A stretch of DNA of 64,000 bases from positions 5,705 through 69,704 of the forward strand of contig JADYYF010000136.1 of the NCBI GenBank assembly GCA_020853795.1. Direction: 5' to 3'. Source of the stretch: Candidatus Zixiibacteriota bacterium (GTDB lineage Bacteria > Zixibacteria > MSB-5A5 > CAIYYT01). The notes below the pieces were generated by a model, which searched no databases, had not been told where the DNA came from, and saw nothing but the letters and a program-made list of their open reading frames with translations. Position numbers and translations under genes: made by a program. Below, piece after piece: positions 58,928 through 64,000 of this stretch; the first letter of the stretch is position 1; each line of letters begins with the position of its first letter.

Positions 58928-61508
58928 TGACGATTCGACGCAGGAGATGATCGTACTCTCAAGCGGCACGGTCATCAACCACTACCGGATCGTAAGGAAG
59001 ATCGGATCCGGCGGCATGGGGGATGTATACCTCGCCGAAGATACCGCGCTTAATCGCCAGGTGGCGCTGAAGTTTCTCGCCTGGAATCTATGTCAGAGTG
59101 CCGAGTGTCGCGCGCGTTTCAAGCGGGAAGCGCAGGCAGCGGCGCGTTTGGATCACCCGAATATTGTTACGGTCTATGAAGTCGGCGAGTACCAGAGTCG
59201 CCCTTTTTTCGCGATGCAGGCAATCGAGGGGAAATCATTGCGCGAGGCAATGATGACGGCCGACTTGTCACTTGAGTGTGCCATCGAAATCGGGCTGCAG
59301 GTTTGTGATGGCCTGCGCGCCGCGCATGAGCACGGGATCGTCCATCGCGACATCAAGCCGTCGAATCTACTGGTGGACGCTGAGGGTCGCGTCCGGATCG
59401 TCGATTTTGGACTGGCGGCGGTAGCGGGAGGCGAGCAAGTGACCCGCGCCGGTGCGCGTCTCGGCACGGTCGGATACATGGCTCCGGAGCAATTGCGCGG
59501 GGAGAAGACGGACCAGCGGGCCGACTTGTTCGCTCTGGGCGTGATCTTATACGAGTTGGTCACGGGCCGCCGGCCGTTTGCCGCCGACAATGAAGCCGGC
59601 ATCCACCACCGTCTCCTGGAGAGTGAACCCGAACCGCTCGCGCGATACCGTTCCGGCCTGCCCGAAGGATTGCAGGAAATAGTCCGGCGCGCGCTGGAGA
59701 AGGACCCGGCGATGCGCTTTCAGTCGGCCGCCGACTTTGGCGCAGAGCTGAAGCGTTTACGCCGCGACATGCCGGAGACGGGACCGATTCGGTCGGCGCT
59801 AAGGTGGGGGGCACGCCGCGAATGGTTGCAAACGCGCCTGGTGGTGCCGATTCTGCTGGCGGTTCTTGTTGCCGCGACGGTGTGGAAGCTCAATCGGGAA
59901 ACGGCGCCGCGCTCGCCGGTGCATCTGGCAGTGGTACCCTTTGTCAATCTTGGCGAACCGGCAACCAGCCAGCCGTTCTGCGACGGTTTGATGGAGACGC
60001 TCACGAGCAAGTTGACGGAGTTGTCCGGGGCGGAGCGTTCGCTCCTGGTGGTGCCGGCCACCGAGGTGCGCGAGCAGAAGATCACGAGTGTCGGTCAAGC
60101 ACACCGGGTGTTCGGCGTGAACTTCGCAGTCACGGGAAGTCTACAGAATACTGGTGACGGAGTCCGGGTGACACTCAATTTGGTCGACGCGGCGACCGGC
60201 CTGCAATTGGATTCGAGGGTTCTGGATGAACGGCGGCAGGATATCGTTGCCCTGCAGGACACCAGTGTTGTGGAAGTTGCAGGCATGCTTGACATCACGG
60301 TGCCGTCGGAGGCACGCCGTCGGCTGGTCGGAGGCGTCACGCAGTCGGCGGCGGCGTACAGCGCTTATCTTGAAGGCCGCGGCTTTTTGCTGCGCGACGA
60401 CACGATTGCAGGACTTGACAGCGCCCAGCAGCGATTCGAGCTGGCGATCGCCCGAGATTCGTCTTTCGCGCCGGCGTATGCCGCGCTGGGCGAGGTCTAT
60501 TGGCGCAAGTACAGTCTGACCAACGACGTGGCTTTGGTGGAGCCAGGACTCAGTTATTCCGGCCGCGCCCTCGAGCTTGACGATCAACTGGCACCAGTGT
60601 TGGTAACATTGGGGATGGTCCACCTTCAGACGGGGCAATCGCAGGAAGCGATCAGCTATCTCAAACGTGCCTTGCAGATCGATTCCACCGGGCATGGCGC
60701 CCGCGTGCAATTGGCGGCTGCCTATGAGTCCCTGGGCCGGATGGCCGAGGCTGAATCGACTTTTCAAGAGGCGATTCGGATACAGCCGCGACTCTGGCGA
60801 AGTCACTACAATTTGGCGCGATTCTATGCATACCGCGGTCGCAACAGCGAAGCGCTCCGCAGTATCGCGGACGCCGAGGCGGTGGCACCGACGGCGACAC
60901 TGCCACTCGAAGCGATCGGTAGCCTGTATACGTTCCTCGGCAGCTATGACCGAGCTGAACGACTGCTCAAGCGCTCGATTGCGATCGAGCCGCACTACAT
61001 CGCCTATTCGAATCTCGGCGTAATCTACCAGCTACGGCAGCAGTACGCCGAGGCTGCCGACATGTACCGCCGCGCGCGGGCGCTCAATGATAAAGATTTC
61101 AAAGTCTGGTACAATTTGGCCTCGGTGTATGAAAGCCTACCGGGCGGCATGACCCAGGCGCGCGAGTCGTATCAGGGGGCCATTGTCCTGGCGGAAGAGA
61201 ATCTGAAAGTCAACCCCACTGACGCCGAATTGATCTGCAACCTGGCCGATTGTTATTGGCAGGTCGAACAGCGCGACAAGGCCCTGGCGATGGTCGATCG
61301 CGGGGTCAGACTCGCACCGGACGATATTGAAGTCATGGTGCGCGCCGGCGTCATATATGAACAGGCAGGGCGACACGAGGAAGCCCTGCACCTGGTGGGA
61401 ATCGCCGCCCGGCGGGGATTTTCACTCGAACGGCTTCAGGCGACTCCAGCATTGAAGGACCTCATCGCCGATCCTCGCTTCGACAGTTTACTGAAGGCGG
61501 CGCATTAG
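58905..61508 (+). CDS. Ser/Thr protein kinase, tandem paralog of the upstream kinase (same kinase, TM, TolB-N-like and TPR layout)
   Basis: The kinase domain is about 70% identical to the upstream kinase. It is followed by LAVVPFVNLGEP...FCDGLMETLTSKL and multiple TPR repeats. 867 aa. Confidence 0.8.
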   Translation: MRRMMSPDDDSTQEMIVLSSGTVINHYRIVRKIGSGGMGDVYLAEDTALNRQVALKFLAWNLCQSAECRARFKREAQAAARLDHPNIVTVYEVGEYQSRPFFAMQAIEGKSLREAMMTADLSLECAIEIGLQVCDGLRAAHEHGIVHRDIKPSNLLVDAEGRVRIVDFGLAAVAGGEQVTRAGARLGTVGYMAPEQLRGEKTDQRADLFALGVILYELVTGRRPFAADNEAGIHHRLLESEPEPLARYRSGLPEGLQEIVRRALEKDPAMRFQSAADFGAELKRLRRDMPETGPIRSALRWGARREWLQTRLVVPILLAVLVAATVWKLNRETAPRSPVHLAVVPFVNLGEPATSQPFCDGLMETLTSKLTELSGAERSLLVVPATEVREQKITSVGQAHRVFGVNFAVTGSLQNTGDGVRVTLNLVDAATGLQLDSRVLDERRQDIVALQDTSVVEVAGMLDITVPSEARRRLVGGVTQSAAAYSAYLEGRGFLLRDDTIAGLDSAQQRFELAIARDSSFAPAYAALGEVYWRKYSLTNDVALVEPGLSYSGRALELDDQLAPVLVTLGMVHLQTGQSQEAISYLKRALQIDSTGHGARVQLAAAYESLGRMAEAESTFQEAIRIQPRLWRSHYNLARFYAYRGRNSEALRSIADAEAVAPTATLPLEAIGSLYTFLGSYDRAERLLKRSIAIEPHYIAYSNLGVIYQLRQQYAEAADMYRRARALNDKDFKVWYNLASVYESLPGGMTQARESYQGAIVLAEENLKVNPTDAELICNLADCYWQVEQRDKALAMVDRGVRLAPDDIEVMVRAGVIYEQAGRHEEALHLVGIAARRGFSLERLQATPALKDLIADPRFDSLLKAAH

Positions 61509-61613
61509 GCGCCTGACGCAAGTACCGGCCGCGGCCAACGCGAGGGAGACCGGCGGTGCGAGTCTAATACCGCCGATGTCCCGGGTGCGCCGGGCAAACA
61601 TAAAGGAGTTCCC

Positions 61614-61934
61614 ATGGCCCGAACCAGATCCGTCAGAATCAAGCTGGAGGGCAACCAGTGCGTTGTCACTCCCGCGGTCATCACCGTCGCTCCCCGGGAT
61701 CGCGTCAAGATCACCAATGCGACCGATTCCATGATTTTCGTCCGCATTGCGGGAATCAGGAAGACCCACAAGATTCCCGGGCGATTCGACAATGTCGTAA
61801 CGGTTCCTGATGTGCGACCGGGGATTTACTACTACGATGCCTTTTGCTACGATCTGCAGGACTTCTGCACGTCGCCCTGGGGACGGATTCCGATGATCGG
61901 CACGCCGATCATCATCGTGCCCCGGCGGGAGTAG
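61614..61934 (+). CDS. small beta-rich protein of unknown function (106 aa), paralog 1
   Basis: cataaaggagttcccATG gives a strong Shine-Dalgarno. It is about 40% identical to the next gene. Shared positions include R.R...IK..GN.C...P.VI.(V/L)AP.D.VK..N.T, AFCY.L..FC and PIIIVP(R/K)R. Confidence 0.6.
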   Translation: MARTRSVRIKLEGNQCVVTPAVITVAPRDRVKITNATDSMIFVRIAGIRKTHKIPGRFDNVVTVPDVRPGIYYYDAFCYDLQDFCTSPWGRIPMIGTPIIIVPRRE

Positions 61935-62045
61935 CGACAGTCAATACGAATAGAGAAGCCGCGAATGACGACCATCGGCGATACCGACGAATTTCCGCTC
62001 GTCGCAGCACTGGATGGCAGTAGCGGCAGGCATAAAGGAGATCTC

Positions 62046-62363
62046 ATGATGAGAACGAGAACTATCCGAATCAAACAAGCGGGCAATCGCTGTTACATCG
62101 AGCCAAGCGTGATCGTGCTGGCTCCGGGTGACAAAGTCAAGGTCATCAACATGACGAAGCAGACGATCTACATGCACATTCTCGGGACGAACACGGTTAT
62201 CGTCATTCCACAGCAGTCGAGCATCACCTGGGTCGTGCCCAGGCTTCGTACCGGGGCCTATCCGTATGTCGCTTTTTGCTATGAGCTGGCCAGTTTCTGC
62301 TTAACCACCGGGTTGCCGATCATCATCGTGCCCAAGCGTGGCGATGCGCCATTTGATCGCTGA
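62046..62363 (+). CDS. small beta-rich protein of unknown function (105 aa), paralog 2
   Basis: Same conserved RBS context (cataaaggagatctcATG). The start is moved to M28 of the ORF-track frame to align with paralog 1. Confidence 0.6.
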   Translation: MMRTRTIRIKQAGNRCYIEPSVIVLAPGDKVKVINMTKQTIYMHILGTNTVIVIPQQSSITWVVPRLRTGAYPYVAFCYELASFCLTTGLPIIIVPKRGDAPFDR

Positions 62364-62431
62364 GGCACGCCGGTCGGCAGCGCGCGACCTGAACGTGGCG
62401 TCAGTCAAGGCATGCAACGTGCATATCCCCC

Positions 62432-62459
62432 TTGACTTTTGCGCGCCAACTCGTAATTT
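62432..62459 (+). promoter_or_regulatory. putative sigma70-type promoter (TTGACT-N16-TAATTT) for tRNA-Met
   Basis: The -35 is at 62432-62437 and the -10 at 62454-62459, about 22 nt upstream of the tRNA 5' end. Confidence 0.4.
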
Positions 62460-62481
62460 GGCAGACTGGTTGAACGTTGAT

Positions 62482-62555
62482 GGCGGTGTAGCTCAGTTGG
62501 TTAGAGCAGCGGAATCATAATCCGCGTGTCCGGGGTTCAAGTCCCTGCACCGCTA
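62482..62555 (+). tRNA. tRNA-Met (anticodon CAT), elongator type
   Basis: GGCGGTG-TA-GCTCAGTTGGTTAGAGC-AGCGGA-ATCATAA-TCCGC-GTGTC-CGGGGTTCAAGTCCCTG-CACCGCT-A. The acceptor, D, anticodon and T arms can all be drawn. The anticodon loop AT-CAT-AA gives the CAT anticodon. No CCA is encoded. Confidence 0.8.
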
Positions 62556-64000
62556 TTCATCTTTGGATATGCAGGACTAATCAGGCCAGGTTGAAGAAGA
62601 TTCAGGGGGGAGAGGTGGCCGGTGATCGTGAAGGCGGCGGCGCTCCGCGTTCTGCTGTTGCGATCGTATTGAGGTTCGACGCGCAACGGCACCGGAATCA
62701 GGCGCTTCAAAAGGGCGTTAAACTCAGTCAGTAGTCGGCTGTTCCCCGAGATCGATTCATCGATCAAAGTCTCAAGCTGAAAAATATACTTGGCGATCTG
62801 GGTCGTGGTGGTGTCGGAGTCCGGGTCTGCGGCCGGGTGGGAGGAGGCGCCGGCGGCGCGGCCAGTACTTGCGGTGATCTGTTCGCGGATCTCGAAGAGC
62901 TCGGCTTCCCGCTGGCGGATACGTTCGACGATAAGCTGACTTCCCTGCCCATCCTCGATTGCCTCTAAAAGCCGCTGCAGGGCGGCAGAGAGCTGGCGCT
63001 CGCGGCGTTTCAGGCTTGGGGTCGATGCAGGAGTCGGCTTTTCGCTCCGGCGAAGAAATTCCCGAACGTGGGAAGCGATTCTCGAAAGCGATTCTTGGTT
63101 CAGCAGGAGCGATTTGAGTTCGGCGAAAATCGACTGTTCGGCTTCGCGGCGCGGAAGGCGGGCGGTGGACGAGCAGGCGAACGGCCCTCCGGACCGGTGG
63201 CGGTTGCAGGCGTAGGTCTGGACACCACGGGACTTGACGATAACGAGCTTGGAGCCGCAGTTGGCGCAAGTCAACAGGCCGGAGAGAGCGAAGCTCTTGC
63301 GATTGCCGGGTGACGTGCGCGCGCTGGACTGGCTGAGGCGATTTTGCACCTGCTGCCAGAGCGACGGAGGGACGATGCGGAGATCCTCGCAGCGGTGGTG
63401 CACCCAGGCAGAAGCGGGATTGAGCCGGGCAAGGCGCTTGCCGGTGGCGTTCTTCTTGTTCCATTTGGTGCGGTTCCATGTCCAGTCGCCGACGTATTTG
63501 GGCTGCTTCAGCATCGCCCTGATGGTCGAGCTTTGCCAATAGCCGGAGCGATGACCGCAACCGGAGTGCGGCGATTCGATTTGCTCGGCGTTCAGTGTCG
63601 ATGCGATGTGGCGGTAGCCGATGCCCTGGGCGAAGAGTTGGAAGATGCGGAGCACGACGGCGGCCTCGCGCGGGTTGATGACGACGCGAACTCCATGGCG
63701 TCGACGGCGGCCGAATTTGTCGTACTGCTCGGGTTCAATCCAGTCGGGCTTGGTATCGTAACCGTAGACGCGCCCACCGGCAGAATAGCCGCGGAGCACC
63801 TGGCCTTTCAGGCCGCGCACGATCTTGGCCTTGAGGTCATCGAGAAAAATCTCGTTGGTGATGCTCTTGAAGTAGTACGGCAGTTTCGAGGATTCGACCG
63901 CAGAGTCGATGCCGTCCGCGATCGCCGCGATGTTGACGCCGGCGGTGGTGAACTCCTGATAGACGTGCAGACACTCGGCGGCGTTGCGGCCAAGGCGCGA
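62537..64000 (-). CDS. large serine recombinase (resolvase-type catalytic domain, recombinase domain, zinc-ribbon and coiled-coil); N-terminus lies beyond the window end
   Basis: The frame is open to nt 64000 (no in-frame stop) and reads ...SRLGRNAAECLHVYQEF..., the DRLGR-type resolvase region. The C-terminal 427 aa carry the recombinase domain, a Cys cluster (C..C....C..C) and a long coiled-coil. The last ~6 codons overlap the 3' end of tRNA-Met. Confidence 0.8.
   Translation of the reverse strand, partial: SRLGRNAAECLHVYQEFTTAGVNIAAIADGIDSAVESSKLPYYFKSITNEIFLDDLKAKIVRGLKGQVLRGYSAGGRVYGYDTKPDWIEPEQYDKFGRRRRHGVRVVINPREAAVVLRIFQLFAQGIGYRHIASTLNAEQIESPHSGCGHRSGYWQSSTIRAMLKQPKYVGDWTWNRTKWNKKNATGKRLARLNPASAWVHHRCEDLRIVPPSLWQQVQNRLSQSSARTSPGNRKSFALSGLLTCANCGSKLVIVKSRGVQTYACNRHRSGGPFACSSTARLPRREAEQSIFAELKSLLLNQESLSRIASHVREFLRRSEKPTPASTPSLKRRERQLSAALQRLLEAIEDGQGSQLIVERIRQREAELFEIREQITASTGRAAGASSHPAADPDSDTTTTQIAKYIFQLETLIDESISGNSRLLTEFNALLKRLIPVPLRVEPQYDRNSRTRSAAAFTITGHLSPLNLLQPGLISPAYPKMNSGAGT
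62537..64000. mobile_element. left edge of an integrated element (island or prophage) inserted at the 3' end of tRNA-Met
   Basis: The serine recombinase gene abuts and overlaps the tRNA 3' end, and the element body would extend to the right of the window. Confidence 0.5.

Noticed and set aside
62772-63560. 262-aa minus-strand ORF in an alternative frame
   Set aside because: It overlaps the large serine recombinase frame, which carries the recombinase, zinc-ribbon and resolvase motifs. The alternative frame is Arg/Pro-rich.

Overview
High-GC (~62%) bacterial chromosome segment. About 53 kb of it is one near-continuous minus-strand gene array. An S8 peptidase ending in a T9SS-type C-terminal sorting tag (QNYPNPFNP) places the organism in the FCB group. 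Near-consensus TTGACA-N17-TAnnTT promoters occur at several places, which argues against a Bacteroidia-type sigma factor. The outstanding feature (3.6-14.3 kb) is a head-to-tail triplication of a four-gene module, giving 12 co-directional, translationally coupled genes. I could not assign the module to any known family and flag it as the candidate undescribed system: an envelope complex or transporter of unknown function. Each module has two 6-TM proteins, one protein with a periplasmic domain between two TM anchors, and one with a signal peptide, Fn3 domain, TM helix, a ~210-aa domain and a second TM helix. None of the twelve proteins has an ATP-binding motif. The rest of the window is mostly recognisable housekeeping genes: ppdK, a sucCD-korDABC-ndk-larA-like-mdh array, a CCA enzyme, a carbamate kinase with a cDPGS-like partner, an ALDH, ltaE, dnaE, a periplasmic Cu/thiol-redox trio, several proteases, two tandem Ser/Thr kinases, tRNA-Met, and a large serine recombinase at the edge of an integrated element. 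Less ordinary points: histone-H1-like Lys/Ala/Pro-rich extensions on PPDK and SucD; two copies of the widespread composite palindrome that translates as VIPAQAGIQ / LDSRLRGNDG; a cluster of REP-like palindromes beside a tiny HNH nuclease gene; and a 0.5-kb non-coding region with multiple stem-loops. I have no tools here, so all coordinates come from hand counting and may be off by 1 nt in places.
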